The position numbers and the translations under genes were made by a program. Below, in pieces: positions 1 through 10,185 of a stretch of 64,000 bases of DNA. Source of the DNA: Escherichia coli (GTDB taxonomy: Bacteria; Pseudomonadota; Gammaproteobacteria; Enterobacterales; Enterobacteriaceae); the NCBI RefSeq assembly GCF_030384885.1, contig NZ_CP128613.1; one strand, written 5' to 3'. Below the pieces are notes generated by a model. That model did no database searches. It was not told the DNA's origin and saw only the letters and a list, made by a program, of their open reading frames with translations. Each line of letters opens with the position of its first letter. Position 1 is the first letter of the stretch.

Positions 1-32
1 TAAAAAAGTTATTACAAAAAGGAATAGATAAT

Positions 33-407
33 ATGACTTCAACTGCACGCTCCCTTCGCTACGCGCTGGCAATCCTGACCACTACGTTGGTGACACCTTC
101 CGTCTGGGCACATGCGCATTTAACGCATCAGTATCCTGCGGCAAACGCGCAAGTGACAGCTGCCCCGCAGGCAATCACTTTAAACTTCTCGGAAGGCGTT
201 GAAACAGGATTCAGTGGTGCAAAAATCACGGGGCCAAAAAACGAAAATATTAAAACATTACCGGCGAAGCGGAATGAGCAGGACCAAAAGCAACTGATTG
301 TTCCACTGGCCGATTCGCTGAAACCCGGAACCTACACCGTTGACTGGCATGTTGTTTCGGTGGACGGGCATAAAACGAAAGGACACTACACCTTTAGCGT
401 GAAATAA
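33..407 (+). CDS. yobA: CopC-family periplasmic copper-binding protein YobA
   Basis: ORF 124 aa with signal peptide (MTSTARSLRYALAILTTTLVTPSVWAHAHL...); matches recalled YobA, followed 3 nt later by yebZ. Confidence 0.9.
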   Translation: MTSTARSLRYALAILTTTLVTPSVWAHAHLTHQYPAANAQVTAAPQAITLNFSEGVETGFSGAKITGPKNENIKTLPAKRNEQDQKQLIVPLADSLKPGTYTVDWHVVSVDGHKTKGHYTFSVK

Positions 408-410
408 ATC

Positions 411-1283
411 ATGCTGGCGTTTACCTGGATCGCGCTGCGATTTATCCATTTCACCTCGCTGATGCTGGTTTTTGGCTTCGCAATGTACGGTGCCTGGCTG
501 GCCCCCTTAACGATTCGTCGCTTGCTGACGAAGCGTTTTCTGCGTTTACAACAGCACGCTGCCGTCTGGAGTTTGATCAGTGCCACTGCAATGCTCGCCG
601 TTCAGGGCGGGTTGATGGGAACGGGATGGTCAGATGTATTTTCGCCAAACATTTGGCAGGCTGTTTTGCAAACGCAGTTTGGTGGTGTCTGGTTATGGCA
701 AATTGTTCTCGCCCTCGTAACGTTGATCGTCGCCCTTATGCAACCGCGGAATATGCCACGTTTGCTGTTTATGCTCACTACCGCGCAATTTATTCTGCTG
801 GCGGGAGTCGGGCATGCGACGCTGAATGAAGGGGTAACGGCGAAAATCCATCAGACTAATCACGCGATTCACCTGATCTGTGCGGCGGCGTGGTTTGGAG
901 GATTACTTCCGGTGCTCTGGTGTATGCAACTCATCAAAGGCCGTTGGCGACACCAGGCTATTCAGGCGCTGATGCGTTTTTCCTGGTGCGGGCATTTTGC
1001 GGTGATCGGCGTACTGGCAAGCGGCGTGCTTAATGCATTGTTGATTACCAGATTTCCCCCCACGCTTACGACTTACTGGGGCCAACTCTTATTGCTCAAA
1101 GCCATACTGGTGATGATTATGGTGGTCATCGCGCTGGCTAATCGTTATGTTCTTGTACCGCGCATGAGGCAGGATGAAGATCGTGCGGCTCCCTGGTTTG
1201 TGTGGATGACTAAACTCGAATGGGCGATAGGTGCGGTAGTGCTGGTGATCATCAGCCTGCTTGCGACTCTCGAACCTTTTTGA
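411..1283 (+). CDS. yebZ: CopD-family inner-membrane protein YebZ
   Basis: ORF 290 aa, polytopic hydrophobic product; conserved yobA-yebZ-yebY order. Confidence 0.9.
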   Translation: MLAFTWIALRFIHFTSLMLVFGFAMYGAWLAPLTIRRLLTKRFLRLQQHAAVWSLISATAMLAVQGGLMGTGWSDVFSPNIWQAVLQTQFGGVWLWQIVLALVTLIVALMQPRNMPRLLFMLTTAQFILLAGVGHATLNEGVTAKIHQTNHAIHLICAAAWFGGLLPVLWCMQLIKGRWRHQAIQALMRFSWCGHFAVIGVLASGVLNALLITRFPPTLTTYWGQLLLLKAILVMIMVVIALANRYVLVPRMRQDEDRAAPWFVWMTKLEWAIGAVVLVIISLLATLEPF

Positions 1284-1295
1284 TGGATTACGAAA

Positions 1296-1637
1296 ATGAT
1301 GAAAAAAAGTATTCTGGCGTTTCTGTTACTCACCAGTTCTGCAGCGGCGCTGGCGGCACCGCAGGTGATTACCGTCAGTCGTTTTGAAGTGGGTAAAGAC
1401 AAATGGGCATTTAACCGCGAAGAGGTGATGCTGACATGCCGACCGGGCCATGCGTTGTATGTTATTAATCCGAGTACCCTCGTGCAGTATCCTTTGAACG
1501 ATATCGCACAAAAGGAAGTCGCCAGCGGGAAGACCAATGCCCAGCCCATTTCGGTGATTCAGATTGATGATCCTAACAATCCAGGTGAAAAAATGAGTCT
1601 GGCACCGTTTATAGAGCGAGCTGAAAAACTCTGTTAA
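1296..1637 (+). CDS. yebY: DUF2511 secreted protein YebY
   Basis: ORF 113 aa with signal peptide ([23 protein letters not shown]...); third gene of yobA operon. Confidence 0.9.
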   Translation: MMKKSILAFLLLTSSAAALAAPQVITVSRFEVGKDKWAFNREEVMLTCRPGHALYVINPSTLVQYPLNDIAQKEVASGKTNAQPISVIQIDDPNNPGEKMSLAPFIERAEKLC

Positions 1638-1665
1638 TTACCTAAAATAGCCTTTTGATTTCCAA

Positions 1666-1710
1666 TAAAAAACCGCCTCAGTTCTTTCACCAGAACAGGC
1701 GGTTTTTAAC
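1666..1710. terminator. Bidirectional intrinsic terminator (yebY on +, RyeA on -)
   Basis: Stem AACCGCCT...AGGCGGTT (1671..1705) flanked by A-run on the left and T-run on the right. Confidence 0.7.
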
Positions 1711-1794
1711 ATTTAAGCTGATGACCACCACGCTTTTTATTGACCATTTTGCACGCAAACTGGAAAACCTGGCGTCGTCATCTATTCTTAAAGG

Positions 1795-1898
1795 GCAAGG
1801 CAACTAAGCCTGCATTAATGCCAACTTTTAGCGCACGGCTCTCTCCCAAGAGCCATTTCCCTGGACCGAATACAGGAATCGTGTTCGGTCTCTTTTTA
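1795..1898 (+). ncRNA. sdsR: RpoS-dependent small RNA SdsR (RyeB)
   Basis: Sequence GCAAGGCAACTAAGCCTGCATTAATGCCAACTTTTAGCGCACGG...CCGAATACAGGAATCGTGTTCGGTCTCTTTTT matches recalled SdsR (~104 nt); ends in hairpin plus T-run; CTATTCT -10-like element upstream. Confidence 0.85.
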
Positions 1899-2031
1899 TC
1901 TGTTAAAAGCCAGAAGCATTCCCTTCGCTGACTTTATAGTCAACCATAACACACACTCTACTGTCTGAGTCCAGCGTTTTTTAACATTCTTGTTAAGATT
2001 ATGTGATCTTTAGCGCGGGAGGAAAATATTG

Positions 2032-2688
2032 ATGAAACAGCCTGCGCCCGTTTATCAGAGAATTGCGGGTCATCAATGGCGACATATCTGGCTTTCAGGC
2101 GATATACACGGTTGTCTTGAGCAGTTGCGCCGCAAATTATGGCATTGTCGTTTTGAACCGTGGCGAGATTTACTTATCTCAGTGGGAGACGTTATCGATC
2201 GTGGGCCGCAAAGTTTACGTTGCCTGCAGTTACTGGAACAACATTGGGTTCGTGCGGTAAGAGGCAATCATGAACAGATGGCGATGGATGCGCTGGCATC
2301 CCAGCAGATGTCTTTGTGGTTGATGAATGGCGGCGACTGGTTTATTGCGCTGGCAGATAATCAACAGAAACAAGCGAAAACGGCGCTGGAAAAATGTCAG
2401 TATTTGCCCTTTATTCTTGAAGTACACAGTCGCACCGGCAAACATGTTATTGCCCATGCCGATTATCCGGATGATGTTTATGAATGGCAAAAGGACGTCG
2501 ATTTGCATCAGGTCTTGTGGAGCCGCTCACGATTACGTGAAGGCCAAAAAGGGCAGGGAATTACAGGTGCTGATCATTTCTGGTTTGGTCATACACCGTT
2601 GCGCCATCGCGTGGATATTGGCAACCTGCATTATATTGATACCGGTGCTGTCTTTGGGGGAGAACTGACTCTTGTGCAATTGCAATAA
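2032..2688 (+). CDS. pphA: Serine/threonine protein phosphatase 1 (PP1/lambda-phosphatase family)
   Basis: ORF product MKQPAPVYQRIAGHQWRHIWLSGDIHGC...GNHE contains metallophosphatase motifs GDxHG/GDxxDRG/GNHE; 218 aa from second Met. Confidence 0.9.
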   Translation: MKQPAPVYQRIAGHQWRHIWLSGDIHGCLEQLRRKLWHCRFEPWRDLLISVGDVIDRGPQSLRCLQLLEQHWVRAVRGNHEQMAMDALASQQMSLWLMNGGDWFIALADNQQKQAKTALEKCQYLPFILEVHSRTGKHVIAHADYPDDVYEWQKDVDLHQVLWSRSRLREGQKGQGITGADHFWFGHTPLRHRVDIGNLHYIDTGAVFGGELTLVQLQ

Positions 2689-2880
2689 TTAAAAATCACC
2701 GTACTCCTGTGCAGGTCGCCAGAAACCATCTATAAAATCCTCAATCGGAAAACAACCGCCATGGCGGATCCGTTGATCGCTCATAGAATAAAGACACTGT
2801 TGTTCCGTGTTGTAGACATCCACAACAATATCTTCACAACCGCCATCCAGGTAGCAAACAAAAAGTACCAGCGCGAACAT
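2689..2880 (-). CDS. yebW: Small uncharacterized protein YebW (63 aa)
   Basis: Internal Met of ORF 2689..2964 gives the 63-aa product MFALVLFVCYLDGGCEDIVV...; matches recalled YebW. Confidence 0.75.
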   Translation of the reverse strand: MFALVLFVCYLDGGCEDIVVDVYNTEQQCLYSMSDQRIRHGGCFPIEDFIDGFWRPAQEYGDF

Positions 2881-2984
2881 TTCATCCCCGAAGTGTGGTG
2901 CCGTACCGTTAAGTTTAGGAGAGATTTTACAACGGGGGAATAACCAGGACAAATAACCCGCCATGCCGACGGGTTCTTTTTGGA

Positions 2985-3221
2985 TCAGGCAAGACGCATA
3001 ATCCAGGCATCAGATTGTTGATCGTAACGGGTACGGTAAAGGACAGAGTGTTCGCCATTTAGTAGGGCAGGGATACTGGTTTCAGCATCCCAGGCATCCA
3101 GTTGCATACATAAATCGGGGTCTGATTTACAAGGAATGGTTAACGTTCGATCACCCGGCGATTCGCCGTGTAATTCGCCGTCGTCGATTTCAAAAGCGCC
3201 TATGCGCACACTGGTTTTCAT
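2985..3221 (-). CDS. yebV: Small uncharacterized protein YebV (78 aa)
   Basis: Product MKTSVRIGAFEIDDGELHGESPGDRTLTIPCKSDPDLCMQLD... matches recalled YebV; start taken at MKTSV within ORF 2985..3236. Confidence 0.8.
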   Translation of the reverse strand: MKTSVRIGAFEIDDGELHGESPGDRTLTIPCKSDPDLCMQLDAWDAETSIPALLNGEHSVLYRTRYDQQSDAWIMRLA

Positions 3222-3338
3222 CTTCGTGCTCTCCATTTAGCTGCCGGTTGTGGTACGACCAGTCCGATCGCACCATTTTTCAGCCTAGTTGAGGCAGCCG
3301 AATGTGCCAGTCAAAAAGTGCGCTTTTTTTGTGCGCTG

Positions 3339-4778
3339 TCAGGCGTTACCTGTAAAAAGTTTCCCGTCCCGCACCAGTTCACGCGGGTAGCTGTTTTTCA
3401 GTCGCGAACCAATCCGTTTGGCTAAACCAATCGGCTGATGCTGGAAAGTAACCAATACATCATCCGCGACTGGCGCGGCTTGCGGGTAAACATCGCGCCC
3501 GCGATACCACTCTTCCGCTTCCTGCGGTGTCAGTTCAAAAGCGTTCACATTGTCGGGGGAGGCAAGGGCAATAACCGCTTCATGCTGCCAGCGATAACCT
3601 TTGTTATGTGTTTCGGCAAGTTTAATCCCCAACCGAGAAAATCGGACTTTACCGATCAAGGCTTCAATGCCCACCGGGAACAACCACAGTTCTTTGTCGC
3701 GTTGCCAGAGTCGCAGGTTTCCATCCCAGTTTAAGCCAACACTTGCAGCCGCCTGACGAATTTGACCGGCTTCGCGATCTTTCACCGGGCTAAACGGGAA
3801 ATTGCCCACTTTGTATTTTGGGGCGGGTAAGACGGGGATCGCCTGAGTTTTACGCAGACGAGCAACGAAGAAGCCTTCGCAGTCGTAAATTTGTGGGAAA
3901 ACATGCAAAAAGCCTTCTTCGGTCAGCGCCTTATTTGCACCAGGGAAGAGATCGCCAAGCGGTATAAACTCTACTGCGTCGGGGTAAGTCTCTTTCAGCC
4001 ACCGGCAGACGGCTTCATTTTCTTCCTGGTTTAAGGTACAGGTCGAGTAAATCAGCGTACCGCCAGGGCGTAATGCATGAAAGGCGCTGTCGATCAGTTC
4101 CCGTTGGGTAGCTGCGATTTCCTGATTGCTTTCTGGTGACCAGTTTTTTAGCGCATCGGGATCTTTACGCACCACGCCTTCGCCGGAGCAGGGAGCGTCC
4201 AGCAAAATGGCATCGAACATTTCTGGCACTGCCGCACCAAATACACGGCCATCAAAATGCGTGAGCGCAACATTACGGATGCCACAGCGGCTGATATTGG
4301 CATGTAACACTTTTACCCGACTGGCGGAAAACTCATTGGCAAGGATCTCCCCTTCGTTATTCATCCGCGCGGCAATTTGCGTCGTTTTGGAGCCGGGCGC
4401 GGCAGCGACATCCATCACCCGCTGTGGTGCATTACCGTCAGCAAACAAGGCGGCGACGGGCAACATTGAACTGGCTTCCTGAATATAAAACAGGCCACTT
4501 AAATGCTCGGCGGTACTACCCAATGGCAAGGCATCTTCATCGTCGCGTTCAATCCAGAAACCTTCTTCACACCACGGAATTGGCGTAAGCGTCCAGCCAT
4601 AAGGGGCGGTTAATTGCAGGAAATCAGCAACGGAGATTTTCAGCGTATTAACGCGAATACTGCGGCGCAACGGGCGCTGACAGGCGGCAAGAAAATCATC
4701 AAATGAGAGCGTCGAAGGCATTGCTTCGCGCATTTGTGTCAGAAAGGCGTCCGGGAAATAAACGGTGTGTTGGGCCAC
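3339..4778 (-). CDS. rsmF: 16S rRNA m5C1407 methyltransferase RsmF
   Basis: Product (M)[21 protein letters not shown]... with SAM-binding Sun/NOL1 core; 479 aa if initiated at the GTG (4778) rather than the upstream ATG. Confidence 0.9.
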   Translation of the reverse strand: MAQHTVYFPDAFLTQMREAMPSTLSFDDFLAACQRPLRRSIRVNTLKISVADFLQLTAPYGWTLTPIPWCEEGFWIERDDEDALPLGSTAEHLSGLFYIQEASSMLPVAALFADGNAPQRVMDVAAAPGSKTTQIAARMNNEGEILANEFSASRVKVLHANISRCGIRNVALTHFDGRVFGAAVPEMFDAILLDAPCSGEGVVRKDPDALKNWSPESNQEIAATQRELIDSAFHALRPGGTLIYSTCTLNQEENEAVCRWLKETYPDAVEFIPLGDLFPGANKALTEEGFLHVFPQIYDCEGFFVARLRKTQAIPVLPAPKYKVGNFPFSPVKDREAGQIRQAAASVGLNWDGNLRLWQRDKELWLFPVGIEALIGKVRFSRLGIKLAETHNKGYRWQHEAVIALASPDNVNAFELTPQEAEEWYRGRDVYPQAAPVADDVLVTFQHQPIGLAKRIGSRLKNSYPRELVRDGKLFTGNA

Positions 4779-4858
4779 GAGCATGTACCACTGGCAAAAA
4801 AAACAGGTGCGCAGTTTAGCATAAACGCTCCGGCGCAGGCACGCCGGAGCAGTGGGCA

Positions 4859-7492
4859 TTATTTGGGAAGCGCTGTTCCCCATTCACGCCACTCTTTCGG
4901 TTCACTTTCCTGCAACAGGAAGTGCTTGCCTTCCTGGGCTTTCGGTGCCAGCGGCGTACCCGGAGGCGTAGCGAAGGCGATGCCGCCACGGATAAACTGG
5001 TTAAAGGTGCCGGTTTTCACGACGCCGCCCGTCAGACCAAAGTCCAGACTGTAACCCGATGCCAACCAGAAGACGGAATTGTTACGCACCAGGTGTTGAT
5101 AGCGTTTACTGATGCGCATCGCAATCATCACGCGATCTGACAATGTCCCCAGCGTCATTCCGGTAACCGTACCGACTTCCAGACCACGGAACAGCACAGG
5201 CGTACCGATGCCTAACGAACCGGCTTCCGGCGCTTCAACAATAATGCTTAAGCCATCCAGGTAACGCGAATCAGTTATGGTGGCCTCTTGTAATTCAAAG
5301 TCGCGGCGAGGATTGCCCCGGCCTGGTTCGACGTTGATATACGGCTGGAGGATAGTATCAAGATGCTCAACGCCAGCTGCCGAAATTTGCGGTGTGACCA
5401 CTGAGAAGCGTGTACCACCGCGTGCAAAGGTCTGGACATATTCCGGATAGAGTACCGCCTTTGCCTGTACTTCATTGCGCGCGGTAATCAGATCCAGCGT
5501 CTGGATTTGCCCGATATCAATACCGAGATAGCGAATTGGCATCCCGACCGCCAGTTTTCCGGCATCGAAAGCGTGAAGCGTAATTTGCCCGCCAACCGCA
5601 CGGGCCGCTGTTTCGGAAGCATACAGAATACGCTTGTCGCCTTTACGCTGACTGGCGCTGGCACCGCTGAGGTTATCGAAGCTAATAGCTCCCTTTAATG
5701 CTCTGGAGAGCGGGGATGCCTGTACAGTCAGACCACTACCATTTAGCTGAACTTTCGCCCCACCTTCTGCCCAGAACACGCTGTTGCTGGTCAGAAGGTT
5801 GCGATACTCCGGCTTAATATGCAGATCGATATCAAACGCGTTAGCTCGCGGACGCACAGTAATAACTTCACCAACTTCAAATTTACGGTACAGCACTACC
5901 GATCCTGCCTGCACATCCGGCAGCGTCTCTGCACTCAAACTCACGGTTGTGGTGGGTAAATCGCTAAGGCTGTTCTCCAGCGCTTTTTCCAGATTGGCAT
6001 ACAGTGGATAGCTGGCTTTCATCTCGCCTTTATCGCCTGGCAGAATACGTATCCCGCCGTTAATCCATTCTGAGGCGCTGGCACCGAGAAACTCAACGCC
6101 ATCCAGCCCCACCTTCACGTCGACACGGCTGTTGACGACAAATTTGCTATCGCCTTTTACCAGTTCGCGATGCTGAGGCTCGATGGCGACGGTAAAGGTG
6201 ACGCCTTTGCTGGTGAGTTTACGATCGATAACCTGGCCTACCTGCACGCCGTGAAGAATGAGCGGCTGACCAGCATCAATACCGTAACTTTCCGGCGCAG
6301 TCAGGGTCAGCGTCAGAACATCTGGCTCATGGAGCAGGGCTTTTTCGCCAGGAACAACAATAAACTCTTTACGTGGCTCACCGTCGCCCGGCACCAACTC
6401 GAAGGTTTTGCCGGTCAGCAAGGTACTGAGATTAGCATCGCTAAGGGATAATTTTGGATTACGTAATTCGATGCGGGTATTTTCCCGTAACAGCGTTACG
6501 ACGCTGGGATCAACGGTCATTTCTCCGGTGACTTTACCGCCAGGATTTAAATCCAGTTTAGTCAGCTGTCCGACTTCCAGCCCCTGATACATTAACGGCG
6601 TAGAGTCGGCGGTTAATCCGGCCCCACTCGGCAGTTCCAGTTTTATTATTACGCCACGCTGGCTGTGGGCGAGATCTTCATACAGACCAAAGGTATCTTC
6701 CGCCTCGGCAGGTTTTGACTCTTCTGGCGAATCGAAGGCAATTGCACCGTTAACCAGTGCCGCCAGACTTTCCAGTTTCACTTTTGCGCCACTGATACTG
6801 ACGTTGGCATCAACGCCGGAAACGTTCCAGAAACGGCTACCTTTTTTCACCAGATCGGTAAAACGTCGCTCGATCAGGACATCAATCACTACGCCTTGCT
6901 TATTGGGATTGATGGCATAGTCGTAGACTTTACCCACCGGGATCTTACGGAAATATACCAATGAACCACTGTTCAGTGAACCGAGATCGGGGGCTTGCAG
7001 GTGGATCATCAGATCGCCGTTATCCAGCCGATATTTCGGTTGGGTATCGAGTGCGACAAAGTGATCCTGCTCTTTACCTTTACCCGGCATCATGCCGATA
7101 TAGTTACCCCCGACGAGGGCGTCCAGCCCGGAGACTCCTGCCAGCGAGGCTTTTGGCGTCACCAGCCAGAACTGTGTCTCCTCGCGCAGCGCATCTTTCA
7201 TATCGGACTTGATGCTGACTTTGACTTCAATCTTACGAAGATCGTCGCTCAGGCTGATATCTTGCACTGTTCCGACCTCAACGCCCTGATAACGAACAGG
7301 TGTGCGGCCCGGGACGATACCGTCCGCCGACATAAAGTCGATGGTGACGGTATTACCCCGATCCTGATAACTGTCCCAAATCAGCCAACCGGCAATCATA
7401 AGCGCGATGAACGGCAGCAGCCAGAAAGGTGAGATACGGCGTTTATTTTTAATCTGCGCTTCAGTCGTCGAAGCGGGCGTTTCCTGACTCAT
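4859..7492 (-). CDS. letB: Multi-MCE-domain periplasm-spanning lipid transport protein LetB (YebT)
   Basis: 877-aa product [36 protein letters not shown]... with repeated MCE domains; start at internal Met of ORF 4859..7534. Confidence 0.9.
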   Translation of the reverse strand: MSQETPASTTEAQIKNKRRISPFWLLPFIALMIAGWLIWDSYQDRGNTVTIDFMSADGIVPGRTPVRYQGVEVGTVQDISLSDDLRKIEVKVSIKSDMKDALREETQFWLVTPKASLAGVSGLDALVGGNYIGMMPGKGKEQDHFVALDTQPKYRLDNGDLMIHLQAPDLGSLNSGSLVYFRKIPVGKVYDYAINPNKQGVVIDVLIERRFTDLVKKGSRFWNVSGVDANVSISGAKVKLESLAALVNGAIAFDSPEESKPAEAEDTFGLYEDLAHSQRGVIIKLELPSGAGLTADSTPLMYQGLEVGQLTKLDLNPGGKVTGEMTVDPSVVTLLRENTRIELRNPKLSLSDANLSTLLTGKTFELVPGDGEPRKEFIVVPGEKALLHEPDVLTLTLTAPESYGIDAGQPLILHGVQVGQVIDRKLTSKGVTFTVAIEPQHRELVKGDSKFVVNSRVDVKVGLDGVEFLGASASEWINGGIRILPGDKGEMKASYPLYANLEKALENSLSDLPTTTVSLSAETLPDVQAGSVVLYRKFEVGEVITVRPRANAFDIDLHIKPEYRNLLTSNSVFWAEGGAKVQLNGSGLTVQASPLSRALKGAISFDNLSGASASQRKGDKRILYASETAARAVGGQITLHAFDAGKLAVGMPIRYLGIDIGQIQTLDLITARNEVQAKAVLYPEYVQTFARGGTRFSVVTPQISAAGVEHLDTILQPYINVEPGRGNPRRDFELQEATITDSRYLDGLSIIVEAPEAGSLGIGTPVLFRGLEVGTVTGMTLGTLSDRVMIAMRISKRYQHLVRNNSVFWLASGYSLDFGLTGGVVKTGTFNQFIRGGIAFATPPGTPLAPKAQEGKHFLLQESEPKEWREWGTALPK

Positions 7493-8744
7493 GTGCATCC
7501 CAAAGTAAGCGGCTGTCCAGCCATTCCACAGCAAGAATAGTCAAAATTACCGCTGCGCCGAAATAAAACGCAGCCGGTCCCATAGTAAAAGCGAGGATCT
7601 GATCGCGATTAATCAGCGACATGGTTAAAGATATGACAAACAGGTCGAGCATCGACCAGCGACCGATCCAGGTCACCATCCGCAGTAACAGAATCCGTGT
7701 GCGTAAACCTTGCTGGCATTTAAAATGAATGCTCAACAGTAAAGTGAACATGACGATCACTTTGGTAAATGGCACCAGAATACTGGCGATAAACACGATT
7801 CCGGCGACCGCAATGTTGCTACTTGCCAGCGACATAATCCCGGAAAGAATCGTATCTTCCTGCCGGCCACCATTCAGATAAATGATAGAAATAGGTAACA
7901 GGTTGGCAGGTAACAACAACACGATTGATGCTAACAGCGCCGCCCAGCACTTTTGCAGACTATGACGGCGACGCAGGCGTAGCGGGATATGGCAACGCGG
8001 GCAGCGACCACGCTGATCGGGATAGCCGGTAAAATGGCATCCCAGGCAGACACGAAGTTTCTCGTCCCTACGCGTAGCGGGGCGCTGTGGATAAAATCGC
8101 GCCCACAGTTCCTCGACATTAAGATGTGACAACGTCACCGTGGTCAATATCACTAATGCAACAAAAGAGAACAGACCAATACCCGCCTGAATGTGCGCAT
8201 AATCCTGCACCTTTATAGAAGCAACGCCAATACCGACCAGATAGATGTCCAGCATCACCCACTCTTTCAATCGCTCAAGCATCAGCAGTACCGGGCGTAG
8301 ATTCATTCCCAGTCGGTTACCAAACCATAAATAAGCTATGGAGGTCACCAGAATAAGGGGGGCACCAATAACGCAAAAAAAGACCATCGCCCCCGTTATT
8401 GCATCGCCCTGTTTGGTCATTTGCCAGATGCCTTGCATGACATTGGCGTCAATACGAATACCTAACAGCCAGATATGCAACAGCGGTTCGCCCCAGGCAA
8501 ACGGCATCAGCAACAGCATGGTGAATGCCATTGCTGCCAGGCGCGTTAGCGACCAGTCGCGCCCGTCACGAATTTTTGCCTGACAGCGCGGACAATAGGC
8601 ACTTTGATGAGAGTTTATCTCGGGTAGGCTAAACAGCATGTCACATTGCGGGCAACGTTGGTAATCACCACGCGGCAGTTCCTCGCAAATTGCCCTCACT
8701 GTTATCTTTTTTGTCGGCGTAATTTGTGGTGTGTTAAGAGCCAT
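7461..8744 (-). CDS. letA: PqiA-family inner-membrane protein LetA (YebS)
   Basis: 427-aa product with Cys-rich zinc-ribbon-like segments (CPQCD...CPRCQ; CLGCH...CPRCH) and TM helices; 3' end overlaps letB start by 32 nt. Confidence 0.9.
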   Translation of the reverse strand: MALNTPQITPTKKITVRAICEELPRGDYQRCPQCDMLFSLPEINSHQSAYCPRCQAKIRDGRDWSLTRLAAMAFTMLLLMPFAWGEPLLHIWLLGIRIDANVMQGIWQMTKQGDAITGAMVFFCVIGAPLILVTSIAYLWFGNRLGMNLRPVLLMLERLKEWVMLDIYLVGIGVASIKVQDYAHIQAGIGLFSFVALVILTTVTLSHLNVEELWARFYPQRPATRRDEKLRVCLGCHFTGYPDQRGRCPRCHIPLRLRRRHSLQKCWAALLASIVLLLPANLLPISIIYLNGGRQEDTILSGIMSLASSNIAVAGIVFIASILVPFTKVIVMFTLLLSIHFKCQQGLRTRILLLRMVTWIGRWSMLDLFVISLTMSLINRDQILAFTMGPAAFYFGAAVILTILAVEWLDSRLLWDAHESGNARFDD

Positions 8745-8873
8745 GACGTGCCAAATGTAATAAGAATTAACATTAATCTTAACCCATGATGGGAATGATC
8801 TTGAGCATTAACGCATTTAATGCTTATTTTAATAGGCTGGCAGTTCCAGGTAAGACAACCAAGTGATTATATA

Positions 8874-9371
8874 ATGAACAAAACAGAATTTTACGCGGAT
8901 TTAAACCGTGACTTTAACGCGCTGATGGCAGGAGAAACCAGTTTTCTGGCAACGCTGGCAAACACCAGTGCGTTGTTATATGAGCGTCTCACTGACGTAA
9001 ACTGGGCAGGTTTTTATTTACTTGAGGACGAGACGTTGGTTCTCGGACCGTTTCAGGGCAAAATTGCTTGTGTACGCATCCCCGTCGGGCGAGGTGTGTG
9101 TGGCACTGCAGTTGCCCGTAATGAAGTGCAGCGAATCGAGGATGTTCACGCTTTTGACGGACATATTGCCTGTGATGCAGCAAGTAATTCTGAAATTGTC
9201 CTACCGCTGGTGGTGAAAAATCAGATTATTGGTGTTCTCGATATCGACAGTACCGTCTTCGGTCGCTTTACAGACGAGGACGAGCAGGGCTTACGTCAGC
9301 TTGTGGCACAGCTTGAAAAGGTGCTTGCAATGACGGATTACAAAAAATTCTTTGCGAGCGTCGCAGGATAA
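8874..9371 (+). CDS. msrC: Free methionine-(R)-sulfoxide reductase (GAF domain)
   Basis: Product MNKTEFYADLNRDFNALMAGETSFLATLANTS... 165 aa from internal Met of ORF 8820..9371. Confidence 0.88.
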   Translation: MNKTEFYADLNRDFNALMAGETSFLATLANTSALLYERLTDVNWAGFYLLEDETLVLGPFQGKIACVRIPVGRGVCGTAVARNEVQRIEDVHAFDGHIACDAASNSEIVLPLVVKNQIIGVLDIDSTVFGRFTDEDEQGLRQLVAQLEKVLAMTDYKKFFASVAG

Positions 9372-9467
9372 TCAACGGATAACGTAGCATTTACTGATGG
9401 CGTCATTATAATGACGCCTGTTCATGCCTGCGCTTGTTGGCTACGTCCGTTGTAATCAGGAAATTTC

Positions 9468-10166
9468 ATGGAAAATCAACCTAAGTTGAATAGCAGTAAA
9501 GAAGTAATCGCGTTTCTGGCCGAACGTTTTCCCCACTGTTTCAGTGCGGAAGGTGAAGCGCGTCCGCTGAAAATCGGTATTTTTCAGGATTTGGTCGATC
9601 GTGTTGCCGGGGAAATGAACCTGAGCAAAACGCAATTGCGATCCGCTTTACGTCTCTATACCTCGAGCTGGCGTTACCTTTACGGTGTTAAACCCGGCGC
9701 AACGCGTGTCGATCTTGACGGCAACCCATGCGGTGAGCTGGACGAGCAACATGTAGAGCATGCTCGCAAGCAGCTTGAAGAAGCGAAAGCACGTGTTCAG
9801 GCACAGCGTGCTGAGCAGCAAGCGAAAAAACGCGAAGCTGCCGCAGCTGCTGGTGAGAAAGAAGACGCACCGCGCCGTGAACGCAAGCCACGTCCGACCA
9901 CGCCACGCCGCAAAGAAGGCGCTGAGCGTAAACCACGTGCGCAAAAGCCGGTAGAGAAAGCGCCAAAAACAGCAAAAGCACCTCGCGAAGAACAGCACAC
10001 CCCAGTTTCTGACATTTCAGCTCTGACTGTCGGACAAGCCCTGAAGGTGAAAGCGGGTCAAAACGCGATGGATGCCACCGTATTAGAAATCACCAAAGAC
10101 GGCGTCCGCGTCCAACTGAATTCGGGTATGTCTTTGATTGTGCGCGCAGAACACCTGGTGTTCTGA
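9468..10166 (+). CDS. proQ: RNA chaperone ProQ
   Basis: 232-aa product [25 protein letters not shown]... with FinO-like N-domain, basic Ala/Lys/Pro/Arg-rich linker and C-terminal Tudor-like domain. Confidence 0.93.
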   Translation: MENQPKLNSSKEVIAFLAERFPHCFSAEGEARPLKIGIFQDLVDRVAGEMNLSKTQLRSALRLYTSSWRYLYGVKPGATRVDLDGNPCGELDEQHVEHARKQLEEAKARVQAQRAEQQAKKREAAAAAGEKEDAPRRERKPRPTTPRRKEGAERKPRAQKPVEKAPKTAKAPREEQHTPVSDISALTVGQALKVKAGQNAMDATVLEITKDGVRVQLNSGMSLIVRAEHLVF

Positions 10167-10185
10167 AACGGAGGCCGGGCCAGGC

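Larger units (their letters stand above)
1666..1915 (-). ncRNA. ryeA: Antisense sRNA RyeA (SraC), fully overlapping SdsR; ends approximate
   Basis: Established antisense partner of SdsR at the yebY-pphA intergenic region; 3' end placed at the bidirectional terminator; 5' end inferred from the known ~250 nt length, not seen directly. Confidence 0.5.
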
